A stretch of 64,000 nt of DNA from Nemertoderma westbladi (Eukaryota > Animalia > Xenacoelomorpha), in the NCBI GenBank assembly GCA_032718475.1, contig JAUCBJ010000069.1, forward strand, positions 92,332 through 156,331, written 5' to 3'. Under the pieces are notes generated by a model. That model was not told the origin of the DNA. It was given only the letters and a program-made list of their open reading frames with translations, and searched no databases. The translations under genes and the position numbers were made by a program. This document shows, piece after piece, positions 15,001 to 28,132 of the stretch (within the stretch, counting starts at the first letter, position 1; every line of letters starts with the position of its first letter).

Positions 15001-18000
15001 GCTGCCACACGGCTACTCTACACAACACAAGGTTGCTATTTAACCTAAAACCTCACTGTCACACGGCTACTCTATACAACACAAGGTGCTATTTAACCTA
15101 AAACCTCGCTCCACAATGGCTACTCTATACAACACAAGGTGCTATTTAACCTAAAACCTCGCTGCCACACGGCTACTCTATACAACACAAGGTGCTATTT
15201 AACCTAAAACCTCGCTGCCACACGGCTACTCTATACAACACAAGGTGCTATTTAACCTAAACCCTCGCTGTCACACGGCTACTCTATACAACACAAGGTG
15301 CTATTTAACCTAAAACCTCACTGTCACACGGCTACTCTATACAACACAAGGTGCTATTTAACCTAAAACCTCGCTCCACAATGGCTACTCTATACAACAC
15401 AAGGTTGCTATTTAACCTAAAACCTCGCTGTCACACGGCTACTCTACACAACACAAGGTTCTATTTAACCTAAAACCTCGCTGTCACACGGCTACTCTAT
15501 ACAACACAAGGTGCTATTTAACCTAAAACCTCACTGCCACATGGCTACTCTATACAACACAAGGTGCTATTTAACCTAAAACCTCGCTCTCACACGGCTA
15601 CTCTATACAACACAAGGTTGCTATTTAACCTAAAACCTCACTGTCACACGGCTACTCTATACAACACAAGGTGCTATTTAACCTAAAACCTCGCTCTCAC
15701 ACGGCTACTCTATACAACACAAGGTTGCTATTTAACCTAAAACCTCACTGTCACACGGCTACTCTACAACACAAGGTGCTATTTAACCTAAAACCTCACT
15801 ATCACACGGCTACTCTATACAACACAAGGTGCTATTTAACCTAAAACCTCGCTCTCACACGGCTACTCTATACAACACAAGGTTGCTATTTAACCTAAAA
15901 CCTCACTGTCACACGGCTACTCTATACAACACAAGGTGCTATTTAACCTAAAACCTCGCTCTCACACGGCTACTCTATACAACACAAGGTTGCTATTTAA
16001 CCTAAAACCTCACTGTCACACGGCTACTCTGTACAACACAAGGTGCTATTTAACCTAAAACCTCGCTCTCACACGGCTACTCTATACAACACAAGGTTGC
16101 TATTTAACCTAAAACCTCACTGTCACACGGCTACTCTACAACACAAGGTGCTATTTAACCTAAAACCTCACTGTCACACGGCTACTCTATACAACACAAG
16201 GTGCTATTTAACCTAAAACCTCGCTCTCACACGGCTACTCTATACAACACAAGGTTGCTATTTAACCTAAAACCTCACTGTCACACGGCTACTCTATACA
16301 ACACAAGGTGCTATTTAACCTAAAACCTCACTGTCACACGGCTACTCTATACAACACAAGGTGCTATTTAACCTAAAACCTCGCTCCACAATGGCTACTC
16401 TATACAACACAAGGTGCTATTTAACCTAAAACCTCGCTCTCACACGGCTACTCTATACAACACAAGGTTGCTATTTAACCTAAAACCTCACTGTCACACG
16501 GCTACTCTACAACACAAGGTGCTATTTAACCTAAAACCTCACTGCCACACGGCTACTCTATACAACACAAGGTGCTATTTAACCTAAAACCTCGCTCCAC
16601 AATGGCTACTCTATACAACACAAGGTGCTATTTAACCTAAAACCTCGCTGCCACACGGCTACTCTATACAACACAAGGTGCTATTTAACCTAAAACCTCG
16701 CTCCACAATGGCTACTCTATACAACACAAGGTGCTATTTAACCTAAAACCTCGCTCCACAATGGCTACTCTATACAACACAAGGTGCTATTTAACCTAAA
16801 ACCTCACTGCCACACGGCTACTCTATACAACACAAGGTGCTATTTAACCTAAAACCTCTCTGCCACACGGCTACTCTATACAACACAAGGTGCTATTTAA
16901 CCTAAAACCTCTCTGCCACACGGCTACTCTATACAACACAAGGTTGCTATTTAACCTAAAACCTCACTGTCACACGGCTACTCTATACAACACAAGGTGC
17001 TATTTAACCTAAAACCTCACTCCACAATGGCTACTCTATACAACACAAGGTTGCTATTTAACCTAAAACCTCACTGCCACCCGGCTACTCTATACAACAC
17101 AAGGTGCTATTTAACCTAAAACCTCTCTGCCACACGGCTACTCTATACAACACAAGGTTGCTATTTAACCTAAAACCTCACTGTCACACGGCTACTCTAT
17201 ACAACACAAGGTGCTATTTAACCTAAAACCTCACTCCACAATGGCTACTCTATACAACACAAGGTTGCTATTTAACCTAAAACCTCGCTGCCACAATGGC
17301 TACTCTATACAACACAAGGTGCTATTTAACCTAAAACCTCGCTGCCACAATGGCTACTCTATACAACACAAGGTGCTATTTAACCTAAAACCTCACTGTC
17401 ACACGGCTACTCTATACAACACAAGGTGCTATTTAACCTAAAACCTCGCTCCACAATGGCTACTCTATACAACACAAGGTGCTATTTAACCTAAAACCTC
17501 TCTGCCACACGGCTACTCTATACAACACAAGGTGCTATTTAACCTAAAACCTCTCTGCCACACGGCTACTCTATACAACACAAGGTGCTATTTAACCTAA
17601 AACCTCTCTGCCACACGGCTACTCTATACAACACAAGGTTGCTATTTAACCTAAAACCTCACTGTCACACGGCTACTCTATACAACACAAGGTGCTATTT
17701 AACCTAAAACCTCGCTCCACAATGGCTACTCTATACAACACAAGGTTGCTATTTAACCTAAAACCTCGCTGTCACACGGCTACTCTATACAACACAAGGT
17801 TGCTATTTAACCTAAAACCTCTCTGCCACACGGCTACTCTATACAACACAAGGTGCTATTTAACCTAAAACCTCGCTCCACAATGTCTACTCTATACAAC
17901 ACAAGGTTGCTATTTAACCTAAAACCTCGCTGCCACACGGCTACTCTATACAACACAAGGTTGCTATTTAACCTAAAACCTCGCTCCACAATGGCTACTC

Positions 18001-21000
18001 TATACAACACAAGGTGCTATTTAACCTAAAACCTCGCTCTCACACGGCTACTCTATACAACACAAGGTTGCTATTTAACCTAAAACCTCACTGTCACACG
18101 GCTACTCTATACAACACAAGGTTGCTATTTAACCTAAAACCTCACTGCCACACGGCTACTCTATACAACACAAGGTTGCTATTTAACCTAAAACCTCGCT
18201 CCACAATGGCTACTCTATACAACACAAGGTGCTATTTAACCTAAAACCTCGCTCCACAATGGCTACTCTACAACACAAGGTGCTATTTAACCTAAAACCT
18301 CGCTGCCACACGGCTACTCTATACAACACAAGGTTGCTATTTAACCTAAAACCTCGCTGCCACACGGCTACTCTATACAACACAAGGTGCTATTTAACCT
18401 AAAACCTCGCTCTCACACGGCTACTCTATACAACACAAGGTTGCTATTTAACCTAAAACCTCACTGTCACACGGCTACTCTATACAACACAAGGTGCTAT
18501 TTAACCTAAAACCTCGCTCCACAATGGCTACTCTATACAACACAAGGTTGCTATTTAACCTAAAACCTCACTGCCACACGGCTACTCTATACAACACAAG
18601 GTTGCTATTTAACCTAAAACCTCGCTCCACAATGGCTACTCTATACAACACAAGGTGCTATTTAACCTAAAACCTCACTGTCACACGGCTACTCTATACA
18701 ACACAAGGTTGCTATTTAACCTAAAACCTCACTGCCACACGGCTACTCTATACAACACAAGGTTGCTATTTAACCTAAAACCTCGCTCCACAATGGCTAC
18801 TCTATACAACACAAGGTGCTATTTAACCTAAAACCTCACTGTCACACGGCTACTCTACAACACAAGGTGCTATTTAACCTAAAACCTCACTGCCACACGG
18901 CTACTCTAAACAACACAAGGTTGCTATTTAACCTAAAACCTCGCTGTCACACGGCTACTCTATACAACACAAGGTTGCTATTTAACCTAAAACCTCGCTC
19001 CCACACGGCTACTCTATACAACACAAGGTTGCTATTTAACCTAAAACCTCGCTCCACAATGGCTACTCTATACAACACAAGGTGCTATTTAACCTAAAAC
19101 CTCGCTGCCACACGGCTACTCTACAACACAAGGTTGCTATTTAACCTAAAACCTCGCTGTCACACGGCTACTCTATACAACACAAGGTTGCTATTTAACC
19201 TAAAACCTCGCTCCCACACGGCTACTCTATACAACACAAGGTTGCTATTTAACCTAAAACCTCGCTCCACAATGGCTACTCTATACAACACAAGGTGCTA
19301 TTTAACCTAAAACCTCGCTCCACAATGGCTACTCTATACAACACAAGGTGCTATTTAACCTAAAACCTCACTGCCACACGGCTACTCTATACAACACAAG
19401 GTTGCTATTTAACCTAAAACCTCGCTCCACAATGGCTACTCTATACAACACAAGGTGCTATTTAACCTAAAACCTCGCTCCACAATGGCTACTCTACAAC
19501 ACAAGGTTGCTATTTAACCTAAAACCTCGCTCTCACACGGCTACTCTACAACACAAGGTGCTATTTAACCTAAAACCTCACTGTCACACGGCTACTCTAT
19601 ACAACACAAGGTGCTATTTAACCTAAAACCTCGCTCTCACACGGCTACTCTATACAACACAAGGTGCTATTTAACCTAAAACCTCGCTCCACAATGGCTA
19701 CTCTATACAACACAAGGTGCTATTTAACCTAAAACCTCGCTCTCACACGGCTACTCTATACAACACAAGGTGCTATTTAACCTAAAACCTCGCTCCACAA
19801 TGGCTACTCTACAACACAAGGTTGCTATTTAACCTAAAACCTCGCTCTCACACGGCTACTCTACAACACAAGGTGCTATTTAACCTAAAACCTCACTGTC
19901 ACACGGCTACTCTATACAACACAAGGTTGCTATTTAACCTAAAACCTCGCTCCACAATGGCTACTCTATACAACACAAGGTTCTATTTAACCTAAAACCT
20001 CGCTGTCACACGGCTACTCTATACAACACAAGGTTGCTATTTAACCTAAAACCTCGCTCCACAATGGCTACTCTATACAACACAAGGTGCTATTTAACCT
20101 AAAACCTCGCTCCACAATGGCTACTCTACAACACAAGGTTGCTATTTAACCTAAAACCTCGCTGCCACACGGCTACTCTATACAACACAAGGTTGCTATT
20201 TAACCTAAAACCTCGCTCCACAATGGCTACTCTATACAACACAAGGTGCTATTTAACCTAAAACCTCGCTCCACAATGGCTACTCTACAACACAAGGTTG
20301 CTATTTAACCTAAAACCTCACTGTCACCCGGCTACTCTACAACACAAGGTTGCTATTTAACCTAAAACCTCACTGCCACACGGCTACTCTATACAACACA
20401 AGGTTGCTATTTAACCTAAAACCTCGCTGCCACACGGCTACTCTACACAACACAAGGTTGCTATTTAACCTAAAACCTCACTGCCACACGGCTACTCTAT
20501 ACAACACAAGGTTGCTATTTAACCTAAAACCTCACTGCCACACGGCTACTCTATACAACACAAGGTTGCTATTTAACCTAAAACCTCACTGCCACACGGC
20601 TACTCTATACAACACAAGGTTGCTATTTAACCTAAAACCTCACTGCCACACGGCTACTCTATACAACACAAGGTTGCTATTTAACCTAAAACCTCACTGC
20701 CACACGGCTACTCTATACAACACAAGGTTGCTATTTAACCTAAAACCTCACTGCCACACGGCTACTCTATACAACACAAGGTTGCTATTTAACCTAAAAC
20801 CTCACTGCCACACGGCTACTCTATACAACACAAGGTTGCTATTTAACCTAAAACCTCACTGTCACACGGCTACTCTATACAACACAAGGTTGCTATTTAA
20901 CCTAAAACCTCGCTGCCACACGGCTACTCTATACAACACAAGGTTGCTATTTAACCTAAAACCTCGCTCTCACACGGCTACTCTATACAACACAAGGTTG

Positions 21001-24000
21001 CTATTTAACCTAAAACCTCGCTGCCACACGGCTACTCTATACAACACAAGGTGCTATTTAACCTAAAACCTCGCTGTCACACGGCTACTCTATACAACAC
21101 AAGGTGTTATTTAACCTAAAACCTCACTGCCACACGGCTACTCTATACAACACAAGGTGCTATTTAACCTAAAACCTCGCTCCACAATGGCTACTCTATA
21201 CAACACAAGGTTGCTATTTAACCTAAAACCTCGCTCCACAATGGCTACTCTATACAACACAAGGTTGCTATTTAACCTAAAACCTCGCTCCACAATGGCT
21301 ACTCTACAACACAAGGTGCTATTTAACCTAAAACCTCGCTCCACAATGGCTACTCTACAACACAAGGTGCTATTTAACCTAAAACCTCACTGTCACACGG
21401 CTACTCTACAACACAAGGTGCTATTTAACCTAAAACCTCACTGTCACACGGCTACTCTATACAACACAAGGTTGCTATTTAACCTAAAACCTCGCTCCAC
21501 AATGGCTACTCTATACAACACAAGGTTGCTATTTAACCTAAAACCTCGCTCCACAATGGCTACTCTATACAACACAAGGTGCTATTTAACCTAAAACCTC
21601 GCTCCACAATGGCTACTCTACAACACAAGGTGCTATTTAACCTAAAACCTCGCTCCACAATGGCTACTCTACAACACAAGGTGCTATTTAACCTAAAACC
21701 TCACTGTCACACGGCTACTCTACAACACAAGGTGCTATTTAACCTAAAACCTCACTGTCACACGGCTACTCTACAACACAAGGTGCTATTTAACCTAAAA
21801 CCTCACTGTCACACGGCTACTCTCTACAACACAAGGTTGCTATTTAACCTAAAACCTCGCTGCCACACGGCTACTCTACAACACAAGGTGCTATTTAACC
21901 TAAAACCTCGCTGTCACACGGCTACTCTATACAACACAAGGTTGCTATTTAACCTAAAACCTCACTGTCACACGGCTACTCTATACAACACAAGGTGCTA
22001 TTTAACCTAAAACCTCGCTCCACAATGGCTACTCTACAACACAAGGTTGCTATTTAACCTAAAACCTCGCTGTCACACGGCTACTCTATACAACACAAGG
22101 TGCTATTTAACCTAAAACCTCGCTCTCACATGGCTACTCTATACAACACAAGGTGCTATTTAACCTAAAACCTCGCTCTCACACGGCTACTCTACAACAC
22201 AAGGTTGCTATTTAACCTAAAACCCCGCTCTCACACGGCTACTCTACAACACAAGGTGCTATTTAACCTAAAACCTCGCTCCACAATGGCTACTCTACAA
22301 CACAAGGTGCTATTTAACCTAAAACCTCACTGTCACACGGCTACTCTATACAACACAAGGTTGCTATTTAACCTAAAACCTCACTGTCACACGGCTACTC
22401 TATACAACACAAGGTTGCTATTTAACCTAAAACCTCGCTGCCACACGGCTACTCTATACAACACAAGGTTGCTATTTAACCTAAAACCTCGCTCCACAAT
22501 GGCTACTCTATACAACACAAGGTGCTATTTAACCTAAAACCTCGCTCCACAATGGCTACTCTACAACACAAGGTTGCTATTTAACCTAAAACCTCGCTCC
22601 ACAATGGCTACTCTATACAACACAAGGTGCTATTTAACCTAAAACCTCGCTGCCACACGGCTACTCTATACAACACAAGGTTGCTATTTAACCTAAAACC
22701 TCGCTGTCACACGGCTACTCTATACAACACAAGGTGCTATTTAACCTAAAACCTCGCTGCCACACGGCTACTCTACAACACAAGGTGCTATTTAACCTAA
22801 AACCTCGCTCCACAATGGCTATTCTACAACACAAGGTTGCTATTTAACCTAAAACCTCGCTCCACAATGGCTACTCTATACAACACAAGGTGCTATTTAA
22901 CCTAAAACCTCGCTCCACAATGGCTACTCTACAACACAAGGTTGCTATTTAACCTAAAACCCCGCTCTCACACGGCTACTCTATACAACACAAGGTGCTA
23001 TTTAACCTAAAACCCCGCTCTCACACGGCTACTCTACAACACAAGGTGCTATTTAACCTAAAACCTCACTGTCACACGGCTACTCTATACAACACAAGGT
23101 TGCTATTTAACCTAAAACCTCGCTCCACAATGGCTACTCTATACAACACAAGGTGCTATTTAACCTAAAACCTCGCTCTCACACGGCTACTCTACAACAC
23201 AAGGTGCTATTTAACCTAAAACCTCACTGTCACACGGCTACTCTATACAACACAAGGTTGCTATTTAACCTAAAACCTCGCTCCACAATGGCTACTCTAT
23301 ACAACACAAGGTGCTATTTAACCTAAAACCTCGCTCTCACACGGCTACTCTACAACACAAGGTGCTATTTAACCTAAAACCCCGCTCTCACACGGCTACT
23401 CTACAACACAAGGTGCTATTTAACCTAAAACCTCACTGTCACACGGCTACTCTATACAACACAAGGTTGCTATTTAACCTAAAACCTCGCTCCACAATGG
23501 CTACTCTATACAACACAAGGTGCTATTTAACCTAAAACCTCGCTCCACAATGGCTACTCTACAACACAAGGTTGCTATTTAACCTAAAACCTCGCTCCAC
23601 AATGGCTACTCTATACAACACAAGGTGCTATTTAACCTAAAACCTCGCTCCACAATGGCTACTCTACAACACAAGGTTGCTATTTAACCTAAAACCCCGC
23701 TCTCACACGGCTACTCTACAACACAAGGTGCTATTTAACCTAAAACCTCACTGTCACACGGCTACTCTATACAACACAAGGTTGCTATTTAACCTAAAAC
23801 CTCGCTCCACAATGGCTACTCTACAACACAAGGTTGCTATTTAACCTAAAACCTCGCTCTCACACGGCTACTCTACAACACAAGGTGCTATTTAACCTAA
23901 AACCTCACTGTCACACGGCTACTCTATACAACACAAGGTTGCTATTTAACCTAAAACCTCGCTCCACAATGGCTACTCTACAACACAAGGTGCTATTTAA

Positions 24001-27000
24001 CCTAAAACCTTGCTCCACAATGGCTACTCTATACAACACAAGGTTGCTATTTAACCTAAAACCTCGCTCTCACACGGCTACTCTATACAACACAATGTTG
24101 CTATTTAACCTAAAACCTCACTGTCACACGGCTACTCTATACAACACAAGGTGCTATTTAACCTAAAACCTCGCTGTCACACGGCTACTCTATACAACAC
24201 AAGGTGCTATTTAACCTAAAACCTCGCTGCCACACGGCTACTCTATACAACACAAGGTTGCTATTTAACCTAAAACCTCACTGCCACACGGCTACTCTAT
24301 ACAACACAAGGTGCTATTTAACCTAAAACCTCGCTCCACAATGGCTACTCTACAACACAAGGTTGCTATTTAACCTAAAACCTCGCTGTCACACGGCTAC
24401 TCTATACAACACAAGGTTGCTATTTAACCTAAAACCTCACTGTCACACGGCTACTCTATACAACACAAGGTTGCTATTTAACCTAAAACCTCGCTCTCAC
24501 ACGGCTACTCTACAACACAAGGTGCTATTTAACCTAAAACCTCACTGTCACACGGCTACTCTATACAACACAAGGTTGCTATTTAACCTAAAACCTCGCT
24601 CCACAATGGCTACTCTATACAACACAAGGTGCTATTTAACCTAAAACCTCGCTCCACAATGGCTACTCTATACAACACAAGGTGCTATTTAACCTAAAAC
24701 CTCGCTCTCACACGGCTACTCTATACAACACAAGGTGCTATTTAACCTAAAACCTCGCTCCACAATGGCTACTCTACAACACAAGGTTGCTATTTAACCT
24801 AAAACCCCGCTCCACAATGGCTACTCTATACAACACAAGGTGCTATTTAACCTAAAACCTCGCTCTCACACGGCTACTCTACAACACAAGGTGCTATTTA
24901 ACCTAAAACCTCACTGTCACACGGCTACTCTATACAACACAAGGTTGCTATTTAACCTAAAACCTCGCTCCACAATGGCTACTCTATACAACACAAGGTT
25001 GCTATTTAACCTAAAACCTCGCTCCACAATGGCTACTCTATACAACACAAGGTGCTATTTAACCTAAAACCTCGCTCTCACACGGCTACTCTATACAACA
25101 CAAGGTTGCTATTTAACCTAAAACCTCGCTCCACAATGGCTACTCTATACAACACAAGGTGCTATTTAACCTAAAACCTCGCTCTCACACGGCTACTCTA
25201 TACAACACAAGGTGCTATTTAACCTAAAACCTCGCTCTCACACGGCTACTCTCTACAACACAAGGTTGCTATTTAACCTAAAACCTCACTGTCACACGGC
25301 TACTCTATACAACACAAGGTGCTATTTAACCTAAAACCTCGCTGCCACACGGCTACTCTATACAACACAAGGTGCTATTTAACCTAAAACCTCGCTCTCA
25401 CACGGCTACTCTATACAACACAAGGTTGCTATTTAACCTAAAACCTCACTGTCACACGGCTACTCTATACAACACAAGGTGCTATTTAACCTAAAACCTC
25501 GCTCCACAATGGCTACTCTATACAACACAAGGTGCTATTTAACCTAAAACCTCGCTGTCACACGGCTACTCTATACAACACAAGGTTGCTATTTAACCTA
25601 AAACCTCGCTGTCACACGGCTACTCTATACAACACAAGGTTGCTATTTAACCTAAAACCTCGCTCTCACACGGCTACTCTATACAACACAAGGTTGCTAT
25701 TTAACCTAAAACCTCACTGTCACACGGCTACTCTATACAACACAAGGTGCTATTTAACCTAAAACCTCGCTCCACAATGGCTACTCTATACAACACAAGG
25801 TTGCTATTTAACCTAAAACCTCGCTCTCACACGGCTACTCTATACAACACAAGGTTGCTATTTAACCTAAAACCTCACTGTCACACGGCTACTCTATACA
25901 ACACAAGGTTGCTATTTAACCTAAAACCTCGCTGTCATACGGCTACTCTATACAACACAAGGTTGCTATTTAACCTAAAACCTCGCTGTCATACGGCTAC
26001 TCTATACAACACAAGGTTGCTATTTAACCTAAAACCTCGCTCTCACACGGCTACTCTATACAACACAAGGTGCTATTTAACCTAAAACCTCGCTCTCACA
26101 CGGCTACTCTATACAACACAAGGTGCTATTTAACCTAAAACCTCGCTCTCACACGGCTACTCTATACAACACAAGGTGCTATTTAACCTAAAACCTCGCT
26201 GCCACACGGCTACTCTATACAACACAAGGTTGCTATTTAACCTAAAACCTCACTGTCACACGGCTACTCTATACAACACAAGGTGCTATTTAACCTAAAA
26301 CCTCACTGTCACACGGCTACTCTATACAACACAAGGTGCTATTTAACCTAAAACCTCACTGCCACACGGCTACTCTACAACACAAGGTGCTATTTAACCT
26401 AAAACCTCGCTCTCACACGGCTACTCTATACAACACAAGGTTGCTATTTAACCTAAAACCTCACTGTCACACGGCTACTCTATACAACACAAGGTGCTAT
26501 TTAACCTAAAACCTCACTGTCACACGGCTACTCTATACAACACAAGGTGCTATTTAACCTAAAACCTCGCTCTCACACGGCTACTCTATACAACACAAGG
26601 TGCTATTTAACCTAAAACCTCGCTCTCACACGGCTACTCTATACAACACAAGGTTGCTATTTAACCTAAAACCTCACTGTCACACGGCTACTCTATACAA
26701 CACAAGGTGCTATTTAACCTAAAACCTCGCTCTCACACGGCTACTCTATACAACACAAGGTGCTATTTAACCTAAAACCTCGCTCTCACACGGCTACTCT
26801 ATACAACACAAGGTTGCTATTTAACCTAAAACCTCACTGTCACACGGCTACTCTATACAACACAAGGTGCTATTTAACCTAAAACCTCGCTCTCACACGG
26901 CTACTCTATACAACACAAGGTGCTATTTAACCTAAAACCTCGCTCTCACACGGCTACTCTATACAACACAAGGTTGCTATTTAACCTAAAACCTCACTGT

Positions 27001-27963
27001 CACACGGCTACTCTATACAACACAAGGTGCTATTTAACCTAAAACCTCGCTCTCACACGGCTACTCTATACAACACAAGGTGCTATTTAACCTAAAACCT
27101 CGCTCTCACACGGCTACTCTATACAACACAAGGTTGCTATTTAACCTAAAACCTCACTGTCACACGGCTACTCTATACAACACAAGGTGCTATTTAACCT
27201 AAAACCTCGCTCCACAATGGCTACTCTATACAACACAAGGTTGCTATTTAACCTAAAACCTCACTGTCACACGGCTACTCTATACAACACAAGGTTCTAT
27301 TTCACCTAAAACCTCGCTCCACAATGGCTACTCTACAACACAAGGTGCTATTTAACCTAAAACCTCGCTGTCACACGGCTACTCTATACAACACAAGGTT
27401 GCTATTTAACCTAAAACCTCACTGTCACACGGCTACTCTATACAACACAAGGTGCTATTTAACCTAAAACCTCGCTCCACAATGGCTACTCTACAACACA
27501 AGGTTGCTATTTAACCTAAAACCTCGCTGTCACACGGCTACTCTATACAACACAAGGTGCTATTTAACCTAAAACATCGCTCTCACACGGCTACTCTATA
27601 CAACACAAGGTGCTATTTAACCTATAACCTCGCTGTCACACGGCTACTCTATACAACACAAGGTGCTATTTAACCTATAACCTCACTGTCACACGGCTAC
27701 TCTATACAACACAAGGTGCTATTTAACCTAAAACCTCGCTCCACAATGGCTACTCTACAACACAAGGTTGCTATTTAACCTAAAACCTCGCTGTCACACG
27801 GCTACTCTATACAACACAAGGTTGCTATTTAACCTAAAACCTCGCTCCACAATGGCTACTCTATACAACACAAGGTGCTATTTAACCTAAAACCTCACTG
27901 CCACACGGCTACTCTATACAACACAAGGTTGCTATTTAACCTAAAACCTCGCTCCACAATGGC
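1..27963. repeat. Satellite DNA array, left arm; 51-54 bp monomer, ~525 copies, continuing past the window start
   Basis: Consensus AACCTAAAACCTC(G/A)CT(GTCACAC|GCCACAC|CTCACAC|CCACAAT)GGCTACTCT(AT)ACAACACAAGGT(T)GCTATTT, repeated head-to-tail with no unique spacers. Two indels (AT and T) give 51, 52, 53 and 54 bp units. Copy number estimated as length/53. Confidence 0.99.
27958..27963 (+). repeat. Target-site duplication, left copy (AATGGC)
   Basis: Left junction reads ...ctccacAATGGC|cgtaatcc; the same hexamer follows the tail at 38710-38715. Confidence 0.88.
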
Positions 27964-28132
27964 CGTAATCCGTAAACCGTAATCCGTAACCAGATCCTAA
28001 ACCGTAGCAGTTAATTGCCTGTATCAACCACCCTACTTGTAACAAAGTTGTAGTTAATTAATTAATTCTGCTGGACTGCTGACCGGTATATATTGTAAAT
28101 ATAACTTGCACTTTACTGCATTGTCAAAGACA
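27964..28132 (+). promoter_or_regulatory. 5' UTR of the LINE, beginning with short CCGTAA(T/A) heptamer repeats; putative internal promoter
   Basis: cgtaatc-cgtaaac-cgtaatc-cgtaac at 27964-27990, then unique sequence up to the first ATG at 28133. Promoter function is inferred from general LINE biology only. Confidence 0.5.
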
